Notes: generated from the sequence alone by a model not told the origin. DNA of 64,000 nucleotides from Patescibacteria group bacterium (GCA_024277435.1 JAJRVJ010000005.1:25747-89746), one strand, 5' to 3'. Shown: positions 33,056-42,240, counted from the stretch's first letter. Made by a program: numbers and translations.

Positions 33056-33778
33056 TTACATTGGAAATAGTAAAAATTTCAATCCTACTACGAAAAGAAA
33101 TACTGCGATTACTATCCGAAATTTTTTCTGTGGTATACGATCCACTATTTTTTTTGCCGCGCTTGCCCCAAGTAATGATGCTGGGATAAAGAACAGAAAG
33201 CCCCACAGAAATCGTTGTTCTAATATAACGTCGTTCGATACATAGGTTGCAATACGCGTTGTATCAATAAATAATGCAATCGCTCCAGCTGTTGCGATAT
33301 AGACAGCTTTTGGTAAATCAAATGCAGTTAGAAATACTCCTCGAATAGCTCCACCAACACCAAATATGCCGGCAAAAAATCCTGATAACGCTCCGCCACT
33401 TACTGCCGCTACAGAACTTTTCGGAATTTTGAACGCAGGCTTCATAAAGAGAAACGCAACATACACTACTAAAAATCCTCCGAGGATTTGTGAAAGCAAC
33501 CTTTCAGAAACCGCGAATACCAAGTTTGCTCCTACGTAACTTGCAATAATACCTGTGATTCCAAATAGCAGTATCAATTTCCAACGAAATCCTTTTCGGA
33601 AAAGTATCATCTTCCAAATATCCCCAAACCAATGAATAACCCCAACAAGCAACAGCGTTTCGGGAAGCGGCAAGAACAATAACAATACAGGCACCATAAT
33701 GGTTGAGGTACCAAAACCTGTAAGCGTACCAACGCCACTAGCTACTACCGTAAGCAAGGTAATGTACAGTATTTCCAT
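33056..33778 (-). CDS. TSUP (TauE/SafE) family anion exporter
   Basis: 240 aa, about 8 TM helices; TLTGFGTSTIMVPVLLLF motif repeated in the second half. Confidence 0.7.
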   Translation of the reverse strand: MEILYITLLTVVASGVGTLTGFGTSTIMVPVLLLFLPLPETLLLVGVIHWFGDIWKMILFRKGFRWKLILLFGITGIIASYVGANLVFAVSERLLSQILGGFLVVYVAFLFMKPAFKIPKSSVAAVSGGALSGFFAGIFGVGGAIRGVFLTAFDLPKAVYIATAGAIALFIDTTRIATYVSNDVILEQRFLWGFLFFIPASLLGASAAKKIVDRIPQKKFRIVIAVFLFVVGLKFLLFPM

Positions 33779-33787
33779 AACGCCTAT

Positions 33788-34219
33788 TTATTCTTTTGTA
33801 ATTGATACTATTGCGAACGTTTCATAATCGCTATCAACAATAGTTGTTTCATAACCAAATGCCCTGGTTAAATTCATCCCCTTTTTCATTTCACCATCGT
33901 AGGTATATTCAAACGCAATCCCAACCCCCTCCCACACACATACTACATCTTCTGGGCATGGTGAATTTGCAAAACTTGTAATTGTTACTTCATACCCTTC
34001 ACTCTCAATCTTAGCTGATTGATTTTCGTGCAATGTAAATTCCTCGCCTAGAGAAACAGATAAATCTTCATACGTCTCAGGTACATCTAACACTTCTGAG
34101 GTATTTGTTACATCTGGCTCTTGAAGATCTTCTGGAGTTGACTCTGTAAATCGTGTGCAGCCCGCAGCAACTAGCACTCCTGCGATTAATACCGCCAATG
34201 TTAAATGTGTTTTGTTCAT
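33788..34219 (-). CDS. hypothetical lipoprotein
   Basis: Signal peptide plus lipobox (LVAAGC). Confidence 0.4.
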   Translation of the reverse strand: MNKTHLTLAVLIAGVLVAAGCTRFTESTPEDLQEPDVTNTSEVLDVPETYEDLSVSLGEEFTLHENQSAKIESEGYEVTITSFANSPCPEDVVCVWEGVGIAFEYTYDGEMKKGMNLTRAFGYETTIVDSDYETFAIVSITKE

Positions 34220-34339
34220 ATACTTTAAGTATAGTAATTTAAAAAGCCATACGTATTATAACGAAATTTTACCACCATCAGCCAATACGGGCGAATACCC
34301 ACTCTCTCTAATAATCTTCAGAGAGATCATCAACGCTTG

Positions 34340-34370
34340 CTAAAGTGCTAAATCTGGTATAATCTACGTA
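34340..34370 (+). promoter_or_regulatory. putative promoter of smpB (extended -10)
   Basis: TTGCTA, spacer, then TGGTATAAT immediately upstream of ATG 34375. Confidence 0.35.
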
Positions 34371-34374
34371 TTCT

Positions 34375-34821
34375 ATGCCAACGTTAGTACGAAACAAACG
34401 AGCTAAATATGATTACTCTGTCGTTGATGATTTTGAGGCTGGTTTGGTGTTAACTGGAGCGGAAGTAAAGTCTGTGAAAAACGGCCATGTTAGCCTTGAA
34501 GGCGCCTATGTAGGCATCACCGATAACCAACTTTGGCTTAAAAACATGCGGATTACACCCTATCAACAGAATAACCAACGGGAGTACGATCCTATGCGAC
34601 CGCGCCGCTTATTATTGCATCGTAAAGAGATTAGTAAACTAATTGGAAAAATGAAGCAGCAGGGCTTGACATTGGTTCCGGAATCCTTGTATACTACGAG
34701 GGGTTTTGTCAAGGCAAAACTCATTTTAGGTAAAGGTAAAAAGAAGTCCGACAAGCGAGCTACCATTAAAAAACGGGAGCTAGATCGCAGAGTAGGACGC
34801 GCCCTTCGACAAAAAGTCTAA
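34375..34821 (+). CDS. smpB: SsrA-binding protein SmpB
   Basis: 148 aa; KYDYSVVDDFEAGLVLTGAEVKS...; basic C-terminal tail. Confidence 0.95.
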   Translation: MPTLVRNKRAKYDYSVVDDFEAGLVLTGAEVKSVKNGHVSLEGAYVGITDNQLWLKNMRITPYQQNNQREYDPMRPRRLLLHRKEISKLIGKMKQQGLTLVPESLYTTRGFVKAKLILGKGKKKSDKRATIKKRELDRRVGRALRQKV

Positions 34822-34867
34822 TAATAAACGTTCACGTTATTATTTGTGCTAATGTTAGCAGTAATAA

Positions 34868-35260
34868 CGGGGATGTTTATATTCGATGATATCGTTCTTT
34901 TCATTGCTTGCTAGATGTGCTGAATATCACATTAATCTGTTCAAAAGTACAATTGCAAACATCGTACAAAAGGCTAAAGCGAAAGTTGCAGCATTATTTG
35001 CTCAACCACTAGCTTTTGCTCCTGCTGTAGCCTAAAACCTACAGCCATCCACTGATCTGATGCCTCATAGGATCACTCGGGTGTCACTTTATAAGGCTAT
35101 GCTATATAGTTCTGGGACTATGTAGATGAAAATTGCTCTCAGATCGAAGGTTGCCGTTTTGGCTGTTTTCCAGGTTAACCTTTTAAATGAAAAAACTGCC
35201 TAGCTAGTAGACGGTAATGCGATAGCGTATTAGACGCGGGTGTGAGCCCCGCCATCTCCA
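34868..35260 (+). ncRNA. ssrA: transfer-messenger RNA (tmRNA, SsrA)
   Basis: 5' GGGGAUGUUUAUAUUCGAUG pairs with 3' CAUCUCC-A to form a 7-bp acceptor stem with a G3:U70 wobble. The 3' GACGCGGGU...CCCGCC T-arm is near-identical to E. coli tmRNA. An internal tag frame, ...GCU AAA GCG AAA GUU GCA GCA UUA UUU GCU CAA CCA CUA GCU UUU GCU CCU GCU GUA GCC UAA, ends AFAPAVA*. The gene lies directly downstream of smpB. Confidence 0.75.
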
Positions 35261-35329
35261 CAATTACATGTAATGTACTGCCCCATCACACTTCAGTATC
35301 TTGCATAATTAATTACTAACACTACCACA

Positions 35330-35842
35330 ATTTCTAAGAAACGATTCCGCCGCAACGATCATATTCGCGTACCCGAAGTACGTGTAATTGACGAAAATGG
35401 CGAACAATTAGGCGTATTAAAAACCGCCGATGCTATACAACAAGCCAAAGCTCGAGGGCTAGACCTAGTGGAGGTATCTCCAATAGCTAAACCTCCTGTA
35501 TGTAAATTTGTTGATTATGGACAGTTACAGTACGAGCAAAAGAAAAAGGCTCGTCAACAAAAAGGCAAACAGAAGAAAACAGAAATCAAAGGCATTCGCC
35601 TTTCCACAACAATTGGAGAACACGATTTAGGTATTCGCCAAAAACAAGCAACAAAGTTCTTAGAAAAAGGGCATAAGGTTCAACTGGAACTACGCCTCCG
35701 TGGTAGACAAAAGGCTCATCCTGAAATCGGAGCTGATGTAATGAATAAATTTATTGAAGGATTAAGTGAAGTATCAAGTGTAGAAACACCTACACAAAGA
35801 AAAGGTGGAAAATTCACAGCAATGATTACCCCTAAAAAATAA
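35330..35842 (+). CDS. infC: translation initiation factor IF-3, probable AUU start codon
   Basis: The in-frame extension upstream of the annotated GTG reads (I)SKKRFRRNDHIRVPEVRVIDENGEQLGVLKTADAIQQAKARGLDLVEVSP..., matching the IF-3 N-domain. It starts at ATT 35330-35332, three codons after a stop; AUU starts are classic for infC. Confidence 0.8.
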   Translation: MSKKRFRRNDHIRVPEVRVIDENGEQLGVLKTADAIQQAKARGLDLVEVSPIAKPPVCKFVDYGQLQYEQKKKARQQKGKQKKTEIKGIRLSTTIGEHDLGIRQKQATKFLEKGHKVQLELRLRGRQKAHPEIGADVMNKFIEGLSEVSSVETPTQRKGGKFTAMITPKK

Positions 35843-35865
35843 TTAATGTAAGAACACGCCGCGGC

Positions 35866-36090
35866 ATGTTCCAACGAATGAATATGGCTAATTCAAAAAT
35901 GAAAACAGTGAAAACCATTAGTAAGCGCGTAAAGCTTTCTAAAGGTAAGAAGAAAACCATCTCCGTCATAAAAGCTGGACAAGGACACTTCAACGCACGA
36001 CAAACTGGTAAAACCAAGCGTAATAAACGCGGACACACTGGTGTAGCAAAAGCTAACACTCGAAACATTCGCCGCGCAATTAACGGATAA
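35866..36090 (+). CDS. rpmI: 50S ribosomal protein L35
   Basis: ...MKTVKTISKRVKLSKGKKKT..., basic, 65-74 aa. The true start may be the internal MANSKMKT (35884). Confidence 0.8.
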   Translation: MFQRMNMANSKMKTVKTISKRVKLSKGKKKTISVIKAGQGHFNARQTGKTKRNKRGHTGVAKANTRNIRRAING

Positions 36091-36101
36091 TAAGATTATA
36101 T

Positions 36102-36449
36102 ATGCCACGAGTAAAACGAGGAACTCAACACCTGAAAAAACGACGTAAACTATTAAAGCAAGCTAAGGGTTTTAAATGGGGTCGTAAGAATAAGGTAAAA
36201 TTAGCTAAAACTGCCGTAACAAAAGCTGGTGCAAATGCATACCGCGGACGTAAGCAAAAGAATCGTAACCGTAGAGCTGTATGGAATACAAAGATTAATG
36301 CAGCTGTTCGACCACATGATTACTCTTACAGCCGTTTTATCAACGACCTGAAGAAGAAAGATATTGTACTAAACCGAAAAGTACTCAGTGAACTCGCTGA
36401 ACATCATCCAGAAATAATGGAAAAATTAATCAATGAGGTAAAAGGATAG
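36102..36449 (+). CDS. rplT: 50S ribosomal protein L20
   Basis: MPRVKRGTQHLKKRRKLLKQAKGF... is a canonical L20 N-terminus; infC-rpmI-rplT gene order. Confidence 0.9.
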   Translation: MPRVKRGTQHLKKRRKLLKQAKGFKWGRKNKVKLAKTAVTKAGANAYRGRKQKNRNRRAVWNTKINAAVRPHDYSYSRFINDLKKKDIVLNRKVLSELAEHHPEIMEKLINEVKG

Positions 36450-36473
36450 TCGGTAATACAATTAGATACAAAT

Positions 36474-36509
36474 AAAAAATAGCGGCGATTAAGCCGCTAT
36501 TTTTTATTT
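36474..36509. terminator. bidirectional rho-independent terminator (rplT on plus, FN3-protein gene on minus)
   Basis: AAAAAAU-AGCGGC-gauuaa-GCCGCU-AUUUUUUAUUU: a 6-bp GC stem flanked by an A-run and a U-run. Confidence 0.6.
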
Positions 36510-36524
36510 CAGTGTGCAACTCTA

Positions 36525-37661
36525 TTAGTAGAGTTGCACTTTCACTTTTTTGGACTTCTTTGTTTTCTCACCAGTACTGTACTTAGCCCAAGCTTGTACA
36601 TACACCTTTTTATTCTTCTTCCAGTGTTTCTTAGTGATCTTCTTTTTTATTGTTACTTTATTTTTACTTGCATTGAGCTTGTATTTTTTAGATACTTTTT
36701 TCTTTGATCCAACAGTTACGTAAATTTTACTTACATAATCGATCTCATTTTTATCCAAAGAATTTTTCCAATTCTTAAAGTTCACAACGAATGTTTTCTT
36801 TTTTGTGTTCTTCTTTTTAATCTTTGGTTTAGAAAATCGTTGCTTAGCAATACTATTGCTATCGGTAGTGAACGACGTCACTTCACTGGCAGCTATTTGA
36901 TTGGTCTCAAGATCTTCTGCCTCAATAGTATAATAATACGTAGTATTAGCTTCTAAATCAGAGATGGTAATTGTAGTATCTGTTGTTAAATCACTAAACG
37001 TTGGTTCACCGCCTTCTTGTAATTGCGATTCATCTGTACTATATAATACAGAATACCCGTTCAACGCTTCATTATCATACGCATCCCAAGTAAAGGCAAC
37101 ATTATTACCAAATACCACAGCTGCCGCATTTTCAACTTGAGCAGGAGCACCACTGTCGGCACCTGAGCAATCACCATCTCCGATGGTAAACGGCTCAGAC
37201 ATAGTATAACCAGAATCCTCTCCTGGTGGATTATCGGTAGTAGCACGTAATTCATAACAACCAGCTTCCGTAGGATTTACAATATTATTTAGAGTAAAAT
37301 TTGCTTCTGAACTAATGGAGGATACACTTAAGCTATACCCAATGCTTTGTCCACCCTGTTGAAGGGTTTCACCAATTGCGGAAATCCCTTCGCCCACAAC
37401 CAAGTTAGTAGAACTCCAGCCGTAGGTTGAATCTGTAGGCGAGCCATTTGGAGATTCTGCTAAAAACAGATGAATATACTCTACATCTGTACTCGCCATA
37501 TTTAACGTAACATTATAATCTGTAGCTGAACTTATAGTTGTATCATCAGCCGTAACAGTAACGGTAGAAATGTTACTGTCAGATGCTGCCTGAGCGCTAC
37601 CTACAAATGCCAACATAGTTGCCAGCGTAGTTGTAAGAAGAATTGAAAATACGCTCTTCAT
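36525..37661 (-). CDS. secreted protein with beta-sandwich/FN3-like domains and a C-terminal lysine-rich FN3-like module
   Basis: Signal peptide MKSVFSILLTTTLATMLAFVGSAQA; TYYYTIEAEDLETN FN3-like strand; C-terminal tail about 35% Lys. Confidence 0.5.
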   Translation of the reverse strand: MKSVFSILLTTTLATMLAFVGSAQAASDSNISTVTVTADDTTISSATDYNVTLNMASTDVEYIHLFLAESPNGSPTDSTYGWSSTNLVVGEGISAIGETLQQGGQSIGYSLSVSSISSEANFTLNNIVNPTEAGCYELRATTDNPPGEDSGYTMSEPFTIGDGDCSGADSGAPAQVENAAAVVFGNNVAFTWDAYDNEALNGYSVLYSTDESQLQEGGEPTFSDLTTDTTITISDLEANTTYYYTIEAEDLETNQIAASEVTSFTTDSNSIAKQRFSKPKIKKKNTKKKTFVVNFKNWKNSLDKNEIDYVSKIYVTVGSKKKVSKKYKLNASKNKVTIKKKITKKHWKKNKKVYVQAWAKYSTGEKTKKSKKVKVQLY

Positions 37662-37766
37662 AGTGTACTTATATTTATTTAATATTTGTTAATTATACCA
37701 CTTAATTTAACACAGTATATCACAACATGCTTGTATTCTCAATATCAATAATGTTACCATTACACT

Positions 37767-38381
37767 ATGAAATTACTACAGCACAACTATACACCCGAAC
37801 AATGGCAGAAAATACTGCACTATGCAGACCTATTAAAAGAAAAAAATGCCGTTGTAAATTTAATATCTCGAAAAGATGTAGATAATGTACTGGAGCACCA
37901 TATCGCGCCTAGCCTTGCATTTGAGGTATTAGATAGAATAGAACCCAATGAATACATCATAGATATAGGTAGTGGTGGTGGATTACCTGGAATTGTGAAT
38001 GCTATACTATTTCCCGATAGTGAATTTCTTTTAGTGGATTCTACTAAGAAAAAAGTTGTGGCTATGCAAGAAATGATTACTGCACTTGGCCTATCCAATG
38101 TGGAAACACGCTGGAGCCGAGTTGAAGAGCTAGCGAAAGACCCAGCGCTAAAAGGTGTGTTTGATCGTAGTACTAGCCGGGCAGTAGCCAGTATGGATAA
38201 GCTTATTACCTGGAGTAAGCCATTACTCAAACCCGGCGGATGGGTTGAAGCCTTGAAAGGCGGCGATGTTTCCGAAGAGCTCAAACATATTACGCAACCA
38301 TATACCATTCATGAGTTCCCAAGCGAGTATCATATAAACGAAAAACTAGCCTCTGCCAAAATTATTAGTGTTCAGGTATAG
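37767..38381 (+). CDS. rsmG: 16S rRNA (guanine527-N7)-methyltransferase RsmG
   Basis: 204 aa; SAM motif IIDIGSGGGLPGI; GidB-like N-terminus. Confidence 0.85.
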   Translation: MKLLQHNYTPEQWQKILHYADLLKEKNAVVNLISRKDVDNVLEHHIAPSLAFEVLDRIEPNEYIIDIGSGGGLPGIVNAILFPDSEFLLVDSTKKKVVAMQEMITALGLSNVETRWSRVEELAKDPALKGVFDRSTSRAVASMDKLITWSKPLLKPGGWVEALKGGDVSEELKHITQPYTIHEFPSEYHINEKLASAKIISVQV

Positions 38382-38421
38382 GTGGACAAGGGGTCATTTT
38401 TCTGCTATAATTCGTTGTAAT

Positions 38422-40209
38422 ATGAAAAAACACACGCCCCGCTGGTATATTCTACCAACAATTATTCTTAGTGCGCTCTTATGCGTATCGGTTGCAGCAC
38501 CGGCTCATGCAAAAGCTGCTCAATTTAAAAAAATCAATGATAGTGATCTTCGAATTACTAAAGTAACCATGCGCTATAAAAAGATTTCTAGCGCCAAACG
38601 CTATAAATTTGAATTATGGAGCAAAGGCGTTACTCGATCAAAATACGGTAAAGACAAAACATTTTATAAAAAACCCAAGAAGAAGAAAAAGAAAAAATAT
38701 TTTAAACTAAAAAGAGGTAATCTCAAAGCCAATCGTGACTACCGCATTCGTTATCGGGCTGTCTACAGTGGTAAACGCTTAGGGCAATGGTCGAATTGGA
38801 AAAATTTTACTACTAAAGATTATACCGCCACATTCAACCTCACTACCGATGACTCTCTACCTACGAATGATATCCCCTACGTATTCGTGGATGACTCATC
38901 TGATATTGAATCCGGCTCATACATGATGACTAAGGTAAGTGATAATGTTTGGACCGTGGATATAAATGACATTTCTACTGGTGACACAATTAAGTTTGCC
39001 TATAGCCGTAATGGTGGCGGACCAACTCTCTTTGAACAATTCACGCCAGATTACCCTACTGCACTACGTAGCTTTACCATAGATTCTGTTCCCTACGAAC
39101 GAGATATGGACACAGTAGAACAATGGCGCTGGGCAGAAAACCCAGAACCGAATGGAATAGTAGATGATACAAATTATGTTATTGATGATAGAAATCAATA
39201 TGTATTAAGTATTGGCCTACCAGAGGATCATAACGATGGATACGATGCGTTGGTAGAATCTACTATGCAAAAAATCGCCGACAATGGATTCAACTACGTT
39301 ACCATTAATAATTCCCCTCGCGTTATTATTAATGGAGATCCTGTTGAGTTAAGCAATGAGCCATTAGGAACGCAAACCGATGAACAACTCGCTACAATGA
39401 TTGCTGCAGCTGAAAGCGCTGGCTTGCAAGTAATTCTTTCAGTGCAAATGAAGGTTGATCCGGATAATGCGGATGAAATAGAATCTGAAATGAGTGGCAC
39501 GCATAGTGATAGTTACTACGAAGCCTATCTTACTCGCTGGCGTGAAGTAATGAATGATGGCGTAGATTTAGCTATCGAGCACAATGTACCAATTGTTGTA
39601 CTTGATAATCCATGGCATGACATGACTTACACCGATGACGATCAAAAAGCCATGGTAAACGGAAATATCAAAGGACTCTTAGCTACCATTACCGATGGTT
39701 ATTCAGGCACCGTAACAACTAGTACCTATGAAGAAGACGCCAAGTTAGATTTTTATAACTCCACATACATTGACTGGGTGGGTGTGCAGTGGTATCCAGA
39801 TCTATCAGATGATTATGATGACTCCGTGGCAAATATGTATGCAGATGCACTTACTGATATAGCAGAGATAGAAACCATTGGCACTACCTACTCTAAGCCA
39901 GTATTCATTCACAAATTTGGTGTTCATGGTTGGGATGGTGCCGCCGGGCCAGAATCAAGCAATACTGCTGGTGAAGGTTATGGCGCTGAGTATGCAGATG
40001 ACTCCACTCATCCAATCGACTATCAAGAACAAGCTGATGCCTATGAAGCAGCTTTTCATGCCATCGCCGATACAAACAATATTATTGGATCAACTTCAAT
40101 AAACTACACCTACCAAGATCAATTCGCAAAAACAGCCAATATTCGTAGCAAAATTGCGGAACAAGTTTGGCAACGCTGGGATGCACTGTTCGACGCCCAG
40201 ATAAATTAA
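38422..40209 (+). CDS. secreted protein: N-terminal lysine-rich FN3-like module plus a GH5-like (TIM-barrel glycoside hydrolase) domain
   Basis: Signal peptide MKKHTPRWYILPTIILSALLCVSVAAPAHA; YRIRYRAVYSGKRLGQWSNW FN3 motif with a KKPKKKKKKKYFK run; NEP motif (LSNEPLG) typical of GH5 acid/base. Start taken at MKKHT rather than the ORF-track MFRY. Confidence 0.5.
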   Translation: MKKHTPRWYILPTIILSALLCVSVAAPAHAKAAQFKKINDSDLRITKVTMRYKKISSAKRYKFELWSKGVTRSKYGKDKTFYKKPKKKKKKKYFKLKRGNLKANRDYRIRYRAVYSGKRLGQWSNWKNFTTKDYTATFNLTTDDSLPTNDIPYVFVDDSSDIESGSYMMTKVSDNVWTVDINDISTGDTIKFAYSRNGGGPTLFEQFTPDYPTALRSFTIDSVPYERDMDTVEQWRWAENPEPNGIVDDTNYVIDDRNQYVLSIGLPEDHNDGYDALVESTMQKIADNGFNYVTINNSPRVIINGDPVELSNEPLGTQTDEQLATMIAAAESAGLQVILSVQMKVDPDNADEIESEMSGTHSDSYYEAYLTRWREVMNDGVDLAIEHNVPIVVLDNPWHDMTYTDDDQKAMVNGNIKGLLATITDGYSGTVTTSTYEEDAKLDFYNSTYIDWVGVQWYPDLSDDYDDSVANMYADALTDIAEIETIGTTYSKPVFIHKFGVHGWDGAAGPESSNTAGEGYGAEYADDSTHPIDYQEQADAYEAAFHAIADTNNIIGSTSINYTYQDQFAKTANIRSKIAEQVWQRWDALFDAQIN

Positions 40210-40220
40210 ATTACACGGTG

Positions 40221-40256
40221 CACAGTAGAGGCGCATTGCAATGTGCCTCTACTGTG
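40221..40256. terminator. 16-bp hairpin between convergent genes; likely terminator (stronger for the minus-strand rarA)
   Basis: CACAGTAGAGGCGCAT-tgca-ATGTGCCTCTACTGTG; the minus-strand transcript follows it with UAAUUUAAUUUAU. Confidence 0.5.
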
Positions 40257-40284
40257 ATAAAAACACATCTCCTACCATACTACA

Positions 40285-41475
40285 TTATCTCTGGTAATAT
40301 TCCCTGCCTTCTAGATGTTTAGGTAAATTAGACTCCCCTTTTTTTTGTGCACCATATCCTACATCCTTCATTAACTGTGTAGGAGCATTACGTAAATGCA
40401 TAGGCACTGCATCGTTAGGTGAATCTTTAATATCTTGCGCTACTTGCTTTGCGGCATTGTATGCTGCTCGCGATTTTGGAGCATTAGCGCAGTATGCTAC
40501 AGCCTGGAACACTGCATACTGGCACTCCGGCATCCCCAAAAAATGACAGGTTTGCTGTGCCGCCATACATAATTGCAATGCTTGCGGATCTGCATTCCCG
40601 ATATCTTCAGATGCAAATACAATTATTCGACGCATGATATACAAAGGATCCTCTCCAGCAAATAACATTCTTCCACACCAGTACAATGCGCCATTCACAT
40701 CACTTGCCCGCATAGTTTTATGCAGAGCGGAAATAATATTGTAGTGCTGTTCATCATGCTTGTCATAACGCAAAGCTACTTTTTCTAATATCCCATGCAC
40801 ATCATCCACTGTTACCGTCGAAACATCATCGTAGGTACTTTCCAGCATTTCAATAGTATTTAATGCTACGCGCGCATCTCCATCTGCTACATTTACAATT
40901 AATTCAACAACATCAGAGTGTAGGATCATGCCATGGCGTGATCCTACACGAGAAATGATCTCACGAATATTATCTTTATCAAGACGTTCGAATACAAATA
41001 CCTGACTACGAGATAATAACGCATTATTCAATTCAAATGATGGATTTTCTGTAGTAGCCCCAATGAGCGTAACAATACCCTGTTCTATATGTGGCAATAA
41101 CGCATCCTGCTGACTTTTATTCCAACGATGAATTTCATCAACAAACAATATCGTTTTTTTTGAATGCAGCTCTTTATCGTTACGCGCTGTCTCAACAATT
41201 GTTCGCAACTCTCGTACACCGGAACTCACAGCTGATATGGTGACAAATTTAGCTTGGGTAGATTCAGCAATAATTTTCGCCAACGTAGTTTTACCGGTTC
41301 CTGGTGGACCCCAAAATATCATCGATACCAATTGATCATTATCAATCATTCTACGAATTGCGCCATCCTTACCCACAATTTTTTCTTGCCCAATAAACTC
41401 AGATAAATTACTTGGTCGCAATTTCTCGGCTAGTGGCTGATGTTGTGATAAATTATTTTGAAATAGTGAGTCCAT
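40285..41475 (-). CDS. rarA: replication-associated recombination protein A (RarA/MgsA AAA+ ATPase)
   Basis: LAEKLRPSNLSEFIGQEKIVG, Walker A GPPGTGKTTLAKIIA, Walker B FVDEIHR. Confidence 0.85.
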   Translation of the reverse strand: MDSLFQNNLSQHQPLAEKLRPSNLSEFIGQEKIVGKDGAIRRMIDNDQLVSMIFWGPPGTGKTTLAKIIAESTQAKFVTISAVSSGVRELRTIVETARNDKELHSKKTILFVDEIHRWNKSQQDALLPHIEQGIVTLIGATTENPSFELNNALLSRSQVFVFERLDKDNIREIISRVGSRHGMILHSDVVELIVNVADGDARVALNTIEMLESTYDDVSTVTVDDVHGILEKVALRYDKHDEQHYNIISALHKTMRASDVNGALYWCGRMLFAGEDPLYIMRRIIVFASEDIGNADPQALQLCMAAQQTCHFLGMPECQYAVFQAVAYCANAPKSRAAYNAAKQVAQDIKDSPNDAVPMHLRNAPTQLMKDVGYGAQKKGESNLPKHLEGREYYQR

Positions 41476-41490
41476 ATGTATCGCTCATTA

Positions 41491-42147
41491 TTATATTTTG
41501 GTAGCAATCATAATGCCGGAATGTACCGGTATTGGTACGGCAATAAATTCATCGCTGCAAGCTAATAGTGCATTAAATTTTTGAGCTTGCTGAATACGCT
41601 CATCATCGGTTTCATCGGCCACAGTAGTATTGTTCCAGCTCGATGAAAAAATAATATTATCAACAACTAACATTGCTCCCGATTTCATTAAAGGGGTTAC
41701 AAGTTCTAAAAATTGTGGATACTCACGCTTATCTGCATCGATGAATACAAAGTCAAATGGCTCACCATCAAATTCTGTAAGATACTCCAACGCATCAACA
41801 TGATGTAAGAGCGCTGAATTCATATGCATGGCTGAAAAAAATTCTTTCGCTAAAGTATAATGCTTCAGCTCTTTTTCTAAAGTGATGATTGAACCCTTAT
41901 TGACAAGCCCCCGATGCATCCACCACGCTGAATATCCCCACATTGTTCCAATTTCCAAAATGTTCTTACTAGCAGTAGCTGCTACAAGAATTTGTAATAA
42001 CTTACCAAAGTCAGGTTTTATATGATGCGGCGGAATAGGAAGGGCGCGAGCCTTTTTTTCAAATTCACTAACAATATTAGGAACAACAATAAATGTGTCT
42101 CTGATATACTGATTTACTTTATCGCGTGATTCTAATGGTATTTCCAT
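41491..42147 (-). CDS. class I SAM-dependent O-methyltransferase (family 3, catechol-OMT-like)
   Basis: ILEIGTMWGYSAWW motif I and FDFVFIDADKREY. Start taken at MEIPLESRDK (ATG 42145-42147). Confidence 0.7.
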   Translation of the reverse strand: MEIPLESRDKVNQYIRDTFIVVPNIVSEFEKKARALPIPPHHIKPDFGKLLQILVAATASKNILEIGTMWGYSAWWMHRGLVNKGSIITLEKELKHYTLAKEFFSAMHMNSALLHHVDALEYLTEFDGEPFDFVFIDADKREYPQFLELVTPLMKSGAMLVVDNIIFSSSWNNTTVADETDDERIQQAQKFNALLACSDEFIAVPIPVHSGIMIATKI

Positions 42148-42154
42148 ATAATAA

Positions 42155-42172
42155 AAGCGCCTTAAGGCGCTT
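42155..42172 (-). terminator. perfect 18-nt palindrome; putative intrinsic terminator after the anti-sigma gene
   Basis: AAGCGCCTTAAGGCGCTT is followed on the minus strand by UUUAUUAU, immediately before the OMT ATG. Confidence 0.4.
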
Positions 42173-42240
42173 GTAGATGTAGTATACCAAACATACTCAA
42201 CCATGCAATAGGGCGCGGAATTAACCACGCCCTATATATG

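Noticed and set aside
34822-34867. Short inverted repeat TAATAAACG...TTATTA between smpB and ssrA, as a terminator
   Set aside because: It is AT-only, has a very weak stem and no U-run. It is more likely part of the ssrA promoter or processing context than a terminator.
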